This document shows positions 20,596 to 29,707 of a stretch of 64,000 bases of DNA, piece after piece; position 1 is the first letter of the stretch; each line of letters opens with the position of its first letter. Below the pieces are notes generated by a model. The model made no database searches. It saw only the letters and a program-made list of their open reading frames with translations, and had not been told where the DNA came from. The DNA comes from an uncultured Lentimicrobiaceae bacterium (GTDB lineage: Bacteria > Bacteroidota > Bacteroidia > Bacteroidales > UBA4417), in NCBI GenBank assembly GCA_964420555.1, contig CAYQTT010000002.1:69590-133589 (forward strand), written 5' to 3'. The position numbers and the translations under genes were made by a program.

Positions 20596-20631
20596 CAAAG
20601 ATACGCAATTTGTCGCAAGAATAGCGACAAA
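20596..20631 (-). promoter_or_regulatory. Candidate TA-operon promoter (-7 box TATCTTTG) overlapped by a perfect palindromic operator
   Basis: The palindrome TTTGTCGC-aagaata-GCGACAAA occupies 20609-20631. On the minus strand it is followed by TATCTTTG (complement of 20596-20603), 17 nt before the ATG at 20578. Confidence 0.45.
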
Positions 20632-20697
20632 TGTCAGAATATTTTACACTTAGTTATAAAGCATTAAAATACTGATCGTTAGAATAAATTTTCTCAT

Positions 20698-20730
20698 TCT
20701 TTATCCTTATCCCTTACCCCTAAATCTCAA
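20698..20730. repeat. Short degenerate tandem repeat directly 3' of the FtsX-permease stop
   Basis: The sequence is CTTATC CTTATCC CTTACCCC TAAATC. On the gene's sense (minus) strand it reads GAUUUAGGGGUAAGGGAUAAGGAUAAG. Confidence 0.6.
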
Positions 20731-20734
20731 CTAA

Positions 20735-21988
20735 TTATTCATACCTAAGAGCATCAATAGGATCGAGTTTGGCAGCTTTCACTGCCGGAATAATCCCTGA
20801 AACCAATGCCACGAAAAAGCATAAACCAACACCCCAGATAATCCAGTTCCATGGGATAATAAAACTGGTTCCGATTGAAAGTGCCAGTGCATTGCCAATA
20901 GCAATTCCTAAAATAATTCCTAAAATTCCGCCAAGTTGAGCAATAACTATCGCTTCGGCTAAAAACTGATTCCGGATCGTATTTTTAGTTGCACCAATAG
21001 CTTTCCGTATTCCAATTTCACGCGTTCGTTCAGTAACTGATACCAGCATGATATTCATCAATCCGATGGCAGCCCCCAACAATGTAATAATACCAATTAC
21101 GATTGCAGCCATGCGCAAATAGCTCAAACTGTCGAACAGCATATTAGCCAGGTTATCACTTTTCGAAATATCAAAACTATCTTCTTCGGCAACAGAAACC
21201 TTTCTTACAATGCGGAACACACCTGTCGCTTCGCCTATGGCTGCTTCGAGTTTTTCGCCATCAGTTACATGAACATTAATGCTGTATGATGCATTTGGGC
21301 GGGCGAACCTTTGCCGTGCATTATTGATAGGAATAATACAAATATTATCGGGGTTAAATCCCATACTCGAACCTTTCTCTTTCATAACACCTACCACCAG
21401 GTATCGACCTGGGCCTATGGTAACAAATTTCCCGACAGGTTCTTCTTTATTCTTAAAAACTTTCTTTATTACATCACTCCCGAGTATAACTACTGAAGCA
21501 CCATAATAAACTTCGGTAGGAGAAATATTGCGTCCCGAAGCTATTTCGTTACCGGAAGTAGTGATGTAATTTTCATCACATCCAATCACCGGTACATTTG
21601 GATTGGTTTTGTTATTCGCAAATTTTACTGTTGCCAGGTTAGTAGCATAAATATAAACCGAAGCCGTGGCCGGAAAAGTAAACGATTCCTTAAAACGGAT
21701 TGCTTCCTCATAAGTTATTTCCCTGAAATTTTTAGGTTTGCTTCTGTTGTTCCCAACATGCACCTGCATGGTACGGTTTCGGATAGTAAAAGTATTGGCA
21801 CCCATCATCTGAAAATTGTCGTTCAGATAATATTTTATAGCATCAATAGATGTAAGTATGCCTACAAGAGCCATAATACCAAATGCAATAATCAGCACTG
21901 TCAGTGTAGTACGCATCATATGACTTCGTACCGATTGCATCGAAATACGCAGGTTTTCCAATACAAGACTGCTGGATAAAAATTTCAT
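20735..21988 (-). CDS. ABC transporter permease, FtsX/MacB type
   Basis: 417 aa. An N-terminal TM helix is followed by a large periplasmic MacB-like domain and three C-terminal TM helices with the FtsX motif region 'ERTREIGIRKAIGA'. No adjacent ATPase gene is present. Confidence 0.8.
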   Translation of the reverse strand: MKFLSSSLVLENLRISMQSVRSHMMRTTLTVLIIAFGIMALVGILTSIDAIKYYLNDNFQMMGANTFTIRNRTMQVHVGNNRSKPKNFREITYEEAIRFKESFTFPATASVYIYATNLATVKFANNKTNPNVPVIGCDENYITTSGNEIASGRNISPTEVYYGASVVILGSDVIKKVFKNKEEPVGKFVTIGPGRYLVVGVMKEKGSSMGFNPDNICIIPINNARQRFARPNASYSINVHVTDGEKLEAAIGEATGVFRIVRKVSVAEEDSFDISKSDNLANMLFDSLSYLRMAAIVIGIITLLGAAIGLMNIMLVSVTERTREIGIRKAIGATKNTIRNQFLAEAIVIAQLGGILGIILGIAIGNALALSIGTSFIIPWNWIIWGVGLCFFVALVSGIIPAVKAAKLDPIDALRYE

Positions 21989-22130
21989 GTTCAGTATATT
22001 ATGATTAATGTTTAAGGTAAAATCGTACTGTTCACAATTAAAGAAACTATGAATTTAACGGTAAAGGCAATATCGGGTAAAATTAATGAATAAATTTACA
22101 TCAGGATTACAAATAGAGCAGGTAAAAATA

Positions 22131-22616
22131 TTAAAAAAGAGAAATTGCCGATGACATAATCAACGACCAGAATAATACTGAACTAATCAGATAAACTAAA
22201 AGATAACGGTTTGATGCATAGAATCTTGTTGCAAGAAATGTCCCGATAGGAATTGAAAGAATCACAGGTGTTAAAACTACTATTCCAGCTAATCCGTATT
22301 TTCGTACAATCTTTATTATAAACCTGTTGCGACGTGTAAATTTTCGTGCAGGAATTTCAACAGGTACTTCGAGCTTAAGAAAACCATAGAAGTTTTTTTT
22401 GATCTTGCGTGTGTAAAAAACGAAATACCTTGCATATAAAAGCAGGAGCCAACGACTTAGGAAAAAGAAGATAACAACACCAGTAATTCCGCCTGAAGTA
22501 GTAGAAAGAAAAGTTTGCAGAAAGTTGAGTCCCATGCTGAATGAGAGGGCAGGAGCAATAAGAAATTTGATACTGCTGACTGCAAATACAATTAGTATTT
22601 TGAGAAATCCGGACAC
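22131..22616 (-). CDS. Small polytopic membrane protein of unknown function
   Basis: 161 aa with four hydrophobic segments. It has a GTG start and no recognisable motif. Confidence 0.4.
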   Translation of the reverse strand: MSGFLKILIVFAVSSIKFLIAPALSFSMGLNFLQTFLSTTSGGITGVVIFFFLSRWLLLLYARYFVFYTRKIKKNFYGFLKLEVPVEIPARKFTRRNRFIIKIVRKYGLAGIVVLTPVILSIPIGTFLATRFYASNRYLLVYLISSVLFWSLIMSSAISLF

Positions 22617-22699
22617 CGTAAATAATGGTTATGGAGTTCTAACGCTAAACTATCCGGTTTGTTGTAAAATTGAACGAAAATATAGTGTTAAATTAATTG

Positions 22700-23350
22700 T
22701 TACATCTTTAATCCGAAAGCGAGATCTCCTGCATCGCCTAACCCCGGCACAATATATCCCTGAGCTGTTAGTTCATCGTCAATAGCTGCAACCCAAATTG
22801 TAGTTCCGGTTTTGGGAAGCATCCGTTTCAGGTATTCTACTCCCTGAACACTGGCAACAACCGAAACAAAGTGAGTATGAGTCGGTTTACCGTGGCTCAG
22901 CAAGGCTTTGTACGACGAAACCATCGAATGGCCGGTTGCAAGCATAGGATCGGAAACAATAAGTACCCTTTTCTCAATGTCAGGACAGGAAACATATTCA
23001 ATCTGAATGGAAAATTCATCATCCTTGCGGTGTTCGCGGTAAGCCGAAACAAAAGCATTATCAGCCTGATCGAAATAGTTGAGCAATCCCTGGTGGAGTG
23101 GCAGGCCGGCTCGTAAAATAGTAGAAATAACAGGTGTTATTTGAATTGTCTGAATTTCAGCTGTTCCAAGCGAAGTAATCACTTCTTTGGGTTCATATGC
23201 CATTGTTTTGCTGATCTCATAAGCAAATATTTCGCCAATCCGCTCCATGTTACGCCTGAAACGCATACGGTCCTGCTGTATGTTAATATCGCGCAGTTCG
23301 CGCATAAAATGATTGACGATTGAATTCTTACTTCCAATGTTAATTACCAT
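22700..23350 (-). CDS. upp: Uracil phosphoribosyltransferase
   Basis: 216 aa with the PRPP-binding loop 'VLIVSDPMLATGHS' and a C-terminal 'YIVPGLGDAGDLAFG'. Confidence 0.9.
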   Translation of the reverse strand: MVINIGSKNSIVNHFMRELRDINIQQDRMRFRRNMERIGEIFAYEISKTMAYEPKEVITSLGTAEIQTIQITPVISTILRAGLPLHQGLLNYFDQADNAFVSAYREHRKDDEFSIQIEYVSCPDIEKRVLIVSDPMLATGHSMVSSYKALLSHGKPTHTHFVSVVASVQGVEYLKRMLPKTGTTIWVAAIDDELTAQGYIVPGLGDAGDLAFGLKM

Positions 23351-23427
23351 GCTCCTGATTTTTAGCCGCTTTTGTTAATTATACTGATTTACAGATTTGA
23401 CAAAAATAAGTACTTTGTCCTATTGGT

Positions 23428-24384
23428 TTACATAGGAACACATTTTTTTAATTCCGACCGGCTAATTCGCCATATTTTCAGTGCAAAACGCAATGGTGCC
23501 GGAAGCGAATTTCGCGTAAACTGCTGATAAACTACTTTTTTAGCCCCAAAACTGCTGTAGAACCGCGCCAGTCCGGGATTATTAGATCCTTCGAAATCCA
23601 GAGTAACAGGTTTGCCTGCATTTTCTTTAATAAATGCGTCAATCAGCCACGGCATAGCATTAAGCTTTTTCCCTTCGGAAGATACAGCCGAAAATAAAAA
23701 GATTGCTTTAGCATGACTTCTTACCCACAATATTCCTGCAGTCAACTGATTGTATTCATCGTAAGCACCCCAAATTTCGCCTGTTCCACCGTGGATGCTT
23801 TCGTAAGCAATCCGTTGAATTAATGTGTATTGTTTGTCGTTTAGATGTTTTAATTCCTGCCCTTTGTTTAATCTGAAAAGATCAATAACCTCTTCAGGCC
23901 TTAAGTTTTGCGACACAGTAAGCTTGTTTCCGCTGGCTTTCTTGAGGTTTCGCTGTAGGTTGTTCTGATAGGATGACGCAATTTTTCCGTAGTCGCTTAT
24001 AAGATCAAGTTCTAGATTGATCATTTCTTTAACAGCATGGCCTGATTTTATTCTGTTTGAAGTATTCAGACATATATCGATGTATCTGAATTCAGCGGGG
24101 ATTTGATCGAGAAAATTCTGCAAATCCTGTCCGGAGGATAACGACCTGTAAAAAAGCCCGAGCTGCTGTGTAAAATAGGGTTGCATACTATATTTGATAC
24201 CAGCCCTTGAGAAAACCGATAACGGGAATACTTTTTCATAATCATTCTCAACCAAAGCACACCATCCGGGACAAACAATATCGAGGTACCAAGAGCGGGC
24301 ATTCAGATTTCCGTTCACAGCATTATCGATGCAATCGTCCCATCGCGATTTATCAATCATATCATGCCGGAGGAATCTGATCAT
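23428..24384 (-). CDS. Hypothetical protein, possibly a FemAB/GNAT-fold acyltransferase-like protein
   Basis: 318 aa. The weak resemblance rests on C-terminal 'LFSAVS.EG...NAMPWLIDAFIKENAG...LDFEGSN..GLARFYSSFGA'. No firm motif was found. Confidence 0.35.
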   Translation of the reverse strand: MIRFLRHDMIDKSRWDDCIDNAVNGNLNARSWYLDIVCPGWCALVENDYEKVFPLSVFSRAGIKYSMQPYFTQQLGLFYRSLSSGQDLQNFLDQIPAEFRYIDICLNTSNRIKSGHAVKEMINLELDLISDYGKIASSYQNNLQRNLKKASGNKLTVSQNLRPEEVIDLFRLNKGQELKHLNDKQYTLIQRIAYESIHGGTGEIWGAYDEYNQLTAGILWVRSHAKAIFLFSAVSSEGKKLNAMPWLIDAFIKENAGKPVTLDFEGSNNPGLARFYSSFGAKKVVYQQFTRNSLPAPLRFALKIWRISRSELKKCVPM

Positions 24385-24415
24385 TTGTGAGGAATAGAAG
24401 AGTTGTTAATTATTT

Positions 24416-24558
24416 GTTCAAAGTTCAAAGGTTTAAAAGTTTAAAGTTCAAATATTCAAGGGTTCAAAGTTCAATCTCATTATCAGCAACAATTTCACAT
24501 TTTCAAATCTCCACATTCTCAAATCCCCAAATCCCCAAATCCCCACATTCTCAAATCC
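24416..24558. repeat. Composite microsatellite-like block: (GTTCAAA/GTTTAAA)n then (CAAATCC[C])n / CCACATTCTCAAATCC x2
   Basis: Block 1 spans 24416-24474 and block 2 spans 24496-24558. The last unit overlaps the stop codon (24551-24553) of the upstream minus-strand gene. Confidence 0.9.
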
Positions 24559-25864
24559 TTACCCCTTCTTCCACCATTTTTACATACACATCGAGCCAAC
24601 CTTTCCATTCGCCTTCGTTATTTAATGTTGAGTTGTGCCAAAGCGGAATAAACGTTCCGCCTACTTTTTTAACTTCATCAATCAGTTCAAAAATTGTCTT
24701 TATCGCCTGTTCAGGTGTGAGTTTCATGTAATCGCAAAGGGTGCCGTCCATAACTGCGAACGGATGGACCATCAGGTTTGTTGCAAGGTCCTGGTCGAGG
24801 TCGAAAAATGGAAATGGCGTACATATCGAAGCCCTGAAACCTGCAACTTCGGCATAGCCCATGGTGTAATCGTGTGCTATATCATTGTTAATCAGGTTGC
24901 GGTATGTCAGAGGTAAAGTCAGTTTCAGGAAATGCTGCCTGCTGCGGTCTATTTCCAGTTTTAAAATTTTCGAGAGCCGTGCTGTTTCCATTACCATCAG
25001 CGATGGTTGTGACGAAGAAGCGTAGGAGGGATGTATTCCAATATCGGCATAGTCGGCCAGGTAACGGATCAGGTTTTGAAAATACCTGTTGTTGTGCGGA
25101 ATGTTTTTATCATTCGGGGCATAATCGGCAAGCAGAATAAAATAAATTGGCCGGTAATTGTATTTTTTCTGCAATTGCATCTGGAGTTCAAAAGTATCAA
25201 ACGGATCATGCTCAAGCCTTGCGAATACTCGTATTCTTCGCCTGACTTCATCATAGTTTTTATTCTGTAACGCTCTCAGGATACCTCCAAAAGCTCTTGT
25301 CAGCCCTTTGTTTTTGTATGCATAAGCGGCATCAACATCAATGGTCGGAATAAATTTATACACTGGTGTGGATATCTTTAACCCAGGAAACCATTTTAAT
25401 AAAATATCTTTCAATCTAAACGACCAGATATTCACCAGCGGTTTATGAAGATATCCCTGCTGGTATGCATCGCTTCCAGCTGCCAGGAATCGCTGATGGT
25501 TGTCGCGCTTATGCGGAAGGTACTCCTCGAACCGGCTCACCATGTAAAAAACAGCTGCAAAAAGATCAAAGGGCAGTGCAGAGTTTTGACTTAATGTTGG
25601 AAAAAAAACCAATCCGCCTTCGTAATTAAAATGCCTGAGTTCACGTGCTTTTATAACACTTTCGAAAAGCAATCCGTTTGAAGCAAAAAAGAGGAATTTA
25701 TCGTCAACCTGAACACCATATGAAAATTTCGGTCCATCGTAGTCTTCAAATTCAGCTACGCTGGTGGTGAAATTTATATCCAGACCCAGCAGGTTGCTGA
25801 ACAAAAGTTGCATGGTATAACGCAAACGGTTTGTTATTTTTGGAACCAGGATCAATAGCATCAT
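24551..25864 (-). CDS. Polysaccharide-deacetylase-like protein (NodB-fold/DUF7033-type)
   Basis: About 438 aa counted from the ATG at 25864 (the ORF track begins at a TTG at 25882). The N-terminal 'KITNRLRYTMQLLF' and the central 'TIDVDAAYAY...' / 'GIHPSY' pattern are deacetylase-like. This is a moderate-confidence family call. Confidence 0.5.
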   Translation of the reverse strand: MMLLILVPKITNRLRYTMQLLFSNLLGLDINFTTSVAEFEDYDGPKFSYGVQVDDKFLFFASNGLLFESVIKARELRHFNYEGGLVFFPTLSQNSALPFDLFAAVFYMVSRFEEYLPHKRDNHQRFLAAGSDAYQQGYLHKPLVNIWSFRLKDILLKWFPGLKISTPVYKFIPTIDVDAAYAYKNKGLTRAFGGILRALQNKNYDEVRRRIRVFARLEHDPFDTFELQMQLQKKYNYRPIYFILLADYAPNDKNIPHNNRYFQNLIRYLADYADIGIHPSYASSSQPSLMVMETARLSKILKLEIDRSRQHFLKLTLPLTYRNLINNDIAHDYTMGYAEVAGFRASICTPFPFFDLDQDLATNLMVHPFAVMDGTLCDYMKLTPEQAIKTIFELIDEVKKVGGTFIPLWHNSTLNNEGEWKGWLDVYVKMVEEGVRI

Positions 25865-26132
25865 TCGGAAGTTAAAAAGCAAAAATACGGTTTTTATTTT
25901 ACGACTGTTTGTTTGAAGGCTATTTGTCCTTGGGTAAACTGGTGAAACAGATAAAATATGTAAAGGGCAGAACCTACCATGACTTTCTTTCCTGGCGCTG
26001 CTTCTTGCTTTTTATTAACAACACCATTCCCTTTAATTGAATTGTTTTACCTTTGAATTTGTATATTTTACCTTCCCTTGTTCAGCTCAAAACGACGAGT
26101 ATCAGGGGTAACAAGCTAACATACTGATCAAT

Positions 26133-28028
26133 ATGGATAATTTTATAGTATCGGCCCGTAAATATCGTCCTATAACTTTTAACACGGTTGTAGGTCAGAT
26201 TTCGATAACCGGAACCCTGAAAAATGCTATACGCAACAATCAGCTGGCGCAGGCTTTTCTTTTCTGCGGTCCCAGGGGCGTAGGTAAAACTACTTGTGCG
26301 CGTATTCTGGCGAAAACAATAAACTGTCTCCAGCCAACATCCGAAACCGAGCCTTGTAACGAGTGTTCGTCGTGCAAGGCATTTAACGATTCGGCTTCGT
26401 TTAATATTCATGAACTTGATGCAGCTTCCAATAATAGTGTCGATGATATCCGCAACCTGGTTGAGCAAGTGCGCATTCCGCCGCAGATGGGTAAGTATAA
26501 GGTGTATATTATCGATGAGGTTCACATGCTCTCGTCACAGGCTTTCAATGCTTTTTTAAAAACACTGGAAGAACCTCCCGCTTACGCAAAATTTATCCTG
26601 GCTACGACCGAAAAGCATAAGATCATTCCTACTATTCTTTCGCGTTGCCAGATTTTTGATTTTAAGCGGATTACAGTTGATGATATTGCCAAACATCTTG
26701 CTTTTGTTGCCGAAAGCGAAGGCGTAACTGCCGATGCTGAAGCGCTGCATATTATTGCCCATAAAGCTGACGGTGCTTTGCGCGATGCCTTATCAGTATT
26801 CGACCAGATGGTAAACCTTGGTGGCCGGACTATCAGCCGCGAACTGGTACTCGAAAACCTGAACGTTCTCGATTACGAATATTATTTTCGCATTGTCGAT
26901 TTCATGAATGCAGGAAATTATAGAGATACATTACTGATTATTAATGATGTAATCGAAAAAGGCTTCGACGGACAGCATTTTATTACCGGTATCGGAGAGC
27001 ATTTTCGTAACCTGCTCATGAGCACTGATATTGCTACTGTAAAACTGATTGAAACCAGTGATGTGATCCGTGCAAAGTATGCGGCACAGGCCCGTTCGGT
27101 TTCGCTGCAACTATTAATAAATGCCCTTGATATCATCAATAAATGTGATGTAACATACCGGACTTCGAATAACAAACGTCTTTCGCTCGAAGTTCCTCTG
27201 ATTCAGATTTGCAGGCTCAGTGGCCAGATGCAGATGCCAGAGGTTATTCAGTCGAAGGAAAGCCAGCCGGCTACAGTTCCAAATCCGGCTCAAACTCAAC
27301 CACCACCACCACAATCTCAGGTTGTTTCGGAACCGCCTGTTCAGGTGGCAGTTCCTCCTTCAATCCCGGTTGCTCCTGCAACAACACCTTCGCCAGAACC
27401 AATTCCGGTAGTTAATACCCAACAAGCGGCACCTCAGGAACCTGAAAAATTACCTCAGGCTGAGCCACAGCCAGCAGCGCAACTAATACCTGATTCACCT
27501 GCTGTAAATACTGTTAACGAGGATACTGCAGCAGCTCCGGAGCATGATGTACCTGTTCAGTCGCATCATGTTTCGAGTTTCTCTATTAAATCGGTGATGA
27601 AAGCCGATCAGCTTGCCAAGTCAGTGGATTCGGCGCCTGTATTCGACCGGAAGGAGATTTTTGAATTCGGGCAACTCGATGAAGCTGTGCTGCGTTTTGC
27701 CGAATTGAAAAAAGAAGATTCGGCCTTGTTTTATTCGGCCTTGACAAGTTTTCCGCGCGAATTGAAGCAGCCTGAGAATATTCTCATTTTTACAGTTGGA
27801 AACACGGTTTTAGAAAAGGAACTCTACGAACGGAGAAATTTGCTTCTCGAATTCCTTCGCAACGAGATGAAAAACGATTTTATCACGATGCAAGTAGTTG
27901 TTACTGAGCAGCAATCGGAAACAAAAAAATATATGAACGACCGTGATAAACTTGATGCCATGGCAGCCCAAAATCCAAATGTGAATAAACTCCGCGATCA
28001 GCTTAACCTGGAACTTGACCTTCAATAA
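26133..28028 (+). CDS. dnaX: DNA polymerase III subunits gamma/tau
   Basis: It has 'ARKYRPITFNTVVGQ', Walker A 'GPRGVGKTT', the Zn module 'C..C..C..C' and 'IIDEVHMLS'. A long P/Q-rich linker is followed by a tau C-terminal region. Confidence 0.92.
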   Translation: MDNFIVSARKYRPITFNTVVGQISITGTLKNAIRNNQLAQAFLFCGPRGVGKTTCARILAKTINCLQPTSETEPCNECSSCKAFNDSASFNIHELDAASNNSVDDIRNLVEQVRIPPQMGKYKVYIIDEVHMLSSQAFNAFLKTLEEPPAYAKFILATTEKHKIIPTILSRCQIFDFKRITVDDIAKHLAFVAESEGVTADAEALHIIAHKADGALRDALSVFDQMVNLGGRTISRELVLENLNVLDYEYYFRIVDFMNAGNYRDTLLIINDVIEKGFDGQHFITGIGEHFRNLLMSTDIATVKLIETSDVIRAKYAAQARSVSLQLLINALDIINKCDVTYRTSNNKRLSLEVPLIQICRLSGQMQMPEVIQSKESQPATVPNPAQTQPPPPQSQVVSEPPVQVAVPPSIPVAPATTPSPEPIPVVNTQQAAPQEPEKLPQAEPQPAAQLIPDSPAVNTVNEDTAAAPEHDVPVQSHHVSSFSIKSVMKADQLAKSVDSAPVFDRKEIFEFGQLDEAVLRFAELKKEDSALFYSALTSFPRELKQPENILIFTVGNTVLEKELYERRNLLLEFLRNEMKNDFITMQVVVTEQQSETKKYMNDRDKLDAMAAQNPNVNKLRDQLNLELDLQ

Positions 28029-28035
28029 TAGTTAA

Positions 28036-29010
28036 ATGTCTGAAATATCAAGTTGTAGGTCAGTATTTGCTTTGGGCGAGACTTTGTTGGATTTGGTTTC
28101 GCAGCAGCCAAAAAACAGTCAGGTTGGTAACGAAGCTCATATGTTTCAGGCCGTTCCCGGAGGTTCGGTGCTTAATGCATCGGTTTCGCTTGGGCGTATG
28201 GGTGTTGATATTCAGTTGATAAGCGAATTCGGTAACGATAAAGCCGGTGACCTGATTGATAGTTTTCTGAAAAAGAATTCAGTTAAATCTACTTTCTGCA
28301 CAAGGCATACTGATTACAAAACTTCGCTGGCTCTCGCTTTCCTGGATCGGTCAAAAAATGCATCTTACACTTTTTATCTCGACTCGCCCGATTCGCTGCC
28401 GGAAACTAATATCCCTGCTTTTAAGCAAGATGATATACTTCTGTTCGGGTCTTTTTACTCGGTGAAACCTGATCGCAGAAGTTTCATTCTCAGTGTTCTG
28501 AAAAATGCCGTTGAAGCAAAGTCTGCAATTTATTACGACCTCAATATCAGGAAGAATCATGCGCCTACCATGGTGGATTTGATGTCATCGTACCTTAATA
28601 ATATTTCAGTTGCAACTATTGTAAAAGGCTCTGACGAAGATTTCAGGAATTTATTTGGAACTGACGACTCTTTGGCTGTTTACGGAAAAATCAGTCAGTA
28701 TTGCAAAATTCTGATAATGACTAATGGCGATAGACCATTGCATGTTTTTATGCCTGGTTTTCATAAAACATATTCCATTCCTGGTATTACTCCGGTTTCT
28801 ACAATCGGGGCCGGTGATAATTTTAATGCAGGATTTATTTACGGGCTTTCCACAGCGGGTTTCAGCGCCGGGCAACTGGCTGACATTCCTGAAAAGGAAA
28901 TTGACAGAATGGTAGGTTGTGGGATTGCTTTTTCAACCGAAACCTGTTTGTCGCCGGAGAATTATATAAGCGGTAATTTCGCGCCTGAATTCTGGACGAA
29001 ATACATTTAA
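28036..29010 (+). CDS. PfkB-family carbohydrate kinase (fructokinase-like)
   Basis: 324 aa with an N-terminal 'GGS.LN.....R.G' and the C-terminal PfkB signature 'TIGAGDNFNAGFIYGL'. Confidence 0.75.
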   Translation: MSEISSCRSVFALGETLLDLVSQQPKNSQVGNEAHMFQAVPGGSVLNASVSLGRMGVDIQLISEFGNDKAGDLIDSFLKKNSVKSTFCTRHTDYKTSLALAFLDRSKNASYTFYLDSPDSLPETNIPAFKQDDILLFGSFYSVKPDRRSFILSVLKNAVEAKSAIYYDLNIRKNHAPTMVDLMSSYLNNISVATIVKGSDEDFRNLFGTDDSLAVYGKISQYCKILIMTNGDRPLHVFMPGFHKTYSIPGITPVSTIGAGDNFNAGFIYGLSTAGFSAGQLADIPEKEIDRMVGCGIAFSTETCLSPENYISGNFAPEFWTKYI

Positions 29011-29049
29011 TGTTACTTTGCATTTAATTTTTATCACAACTGTACCAAA

Positions 29050-29613
29050 ATGAAGAAAACTATTGCCAGATTTATAATGAAACTTATTGGATGGAAAGTG
29101 GTTAATAACCTTCCGCCCGATGTAAAAAAATGCGTGGTTATGATGGCGCCACATACAAGTAACTGGGATTTTCTGTTGGGATTTCTGGGGTATATGACAA
29201 TAGGCATCGATTCGAAATACCTAATAAAAAAGGAAGCCTTCGTTTTTCCACTCGGCAATTTTCTCAGAGCGGTTGGGGCTATCCCTGTCGATCGCAAAGC
29301 AAGCACTAATATTGTGATTCAGGTTGGCGAAATGTTCAAAAAAGCTGATAGTCTTTATATTACCATTACTCCCGAAGGTACCCGAAGCCTGAACAGGAAC
29401 TGGAAACGCGGCTTTTATCACATAGCCGAAAATGCGGGGGTTCCGGTAGCTTTTGGTTTTCTTGATTATAAAACGAAAATTGGAGGCATTGGCCGTATGC
29501 TCATTCCAAGTGGGGATTATGATGCCGATCTTAAACAAATTGAAGATTTCTATAAAGATATAAATCCACGGTTTCCTGAAAAATTCAGCCTTAGCGCTCA
29601 AAACCGGGAATAA
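29050..29613 (+). CDS. PlsC-family lysophospholipid/1-acylglycerol-3-phosphate acyltransferase
   Basis: 187 aa with the H(x4)D box 'HTSNWD' and a 'ITPEGTR' block. Confidence 0.7.
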   Translation: MKKTIARFIMKLIGWKVVNNLPPDVKKCVVMMAPHTSNWDFLLGFLGYMTIGIDSKYLIKKEAFVFPLGNFLRAVGAIPVDRKASTNIVIQVGEMFKKADSLYITITPEGTRSLNRNWKRGFYHIAENAGVPVAFGFLDYKTKIGGIGRMLIPSGDYDADLKQIEDFYKDINPRFPEKFSLSAQNRE

Positions 29614-29707
29614 ACAGATTCTTTGATTTTTGTCACGTAAGCGGCAAAATCCAATTGAAAATTAATTCATCCTGAAATAGTCAGTTAATAAATCCCCGAC
29701 TTCCACA

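Noticed and set aside
24387-24731. 114-aa plus-strand ORF across the microsatellite block
   Set aside because: Its translation is a low-complexity read-through of the tandem repeats (..FKSLKFKYSRVQS.., ..PQIPKSPHSQ..), and its 3' end is antisense to a well-supported gene.
25883-26132. SRP (4.5S) RNA, which lies upstream of dnaX in some bacteria
   Set aside because: I looked for the conserved helix-8 signature (CCAGG...GGAA...GGAAGCAGCC). Only GAAGCAGCGCCAGG is present on the minus strand, with the blocks in the wrong order and no tetraloop context. No convincing fold was found.
26082-26525. 147-aa minus-strand ORF overlapping the dnaX start
   Set aside because: It is antisense to the most conserved part of dnaX (Walker A region), with no supporting motifs.
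27114-27415. Three short ORFs (both strands) inside the dnaX P/Q-rich linker region
   Set aside because: These are alternative-frame translations of a low-complexity CCA/CAG-rich segment, fully nested in dnaX with no independent signals.
27700-27722. Programmed -1 frameshift site in dnaX (TTG AAA AAA GAA)
   Set aside because: The A-run is preceded by G, not the A AAA AAG heptamer. It lies far into the C-terminal tau region (about aa 525 of 631), no downstream hairpin was seen, and the shifted frame gives ~20 extra residues. It is most likely coincidental.
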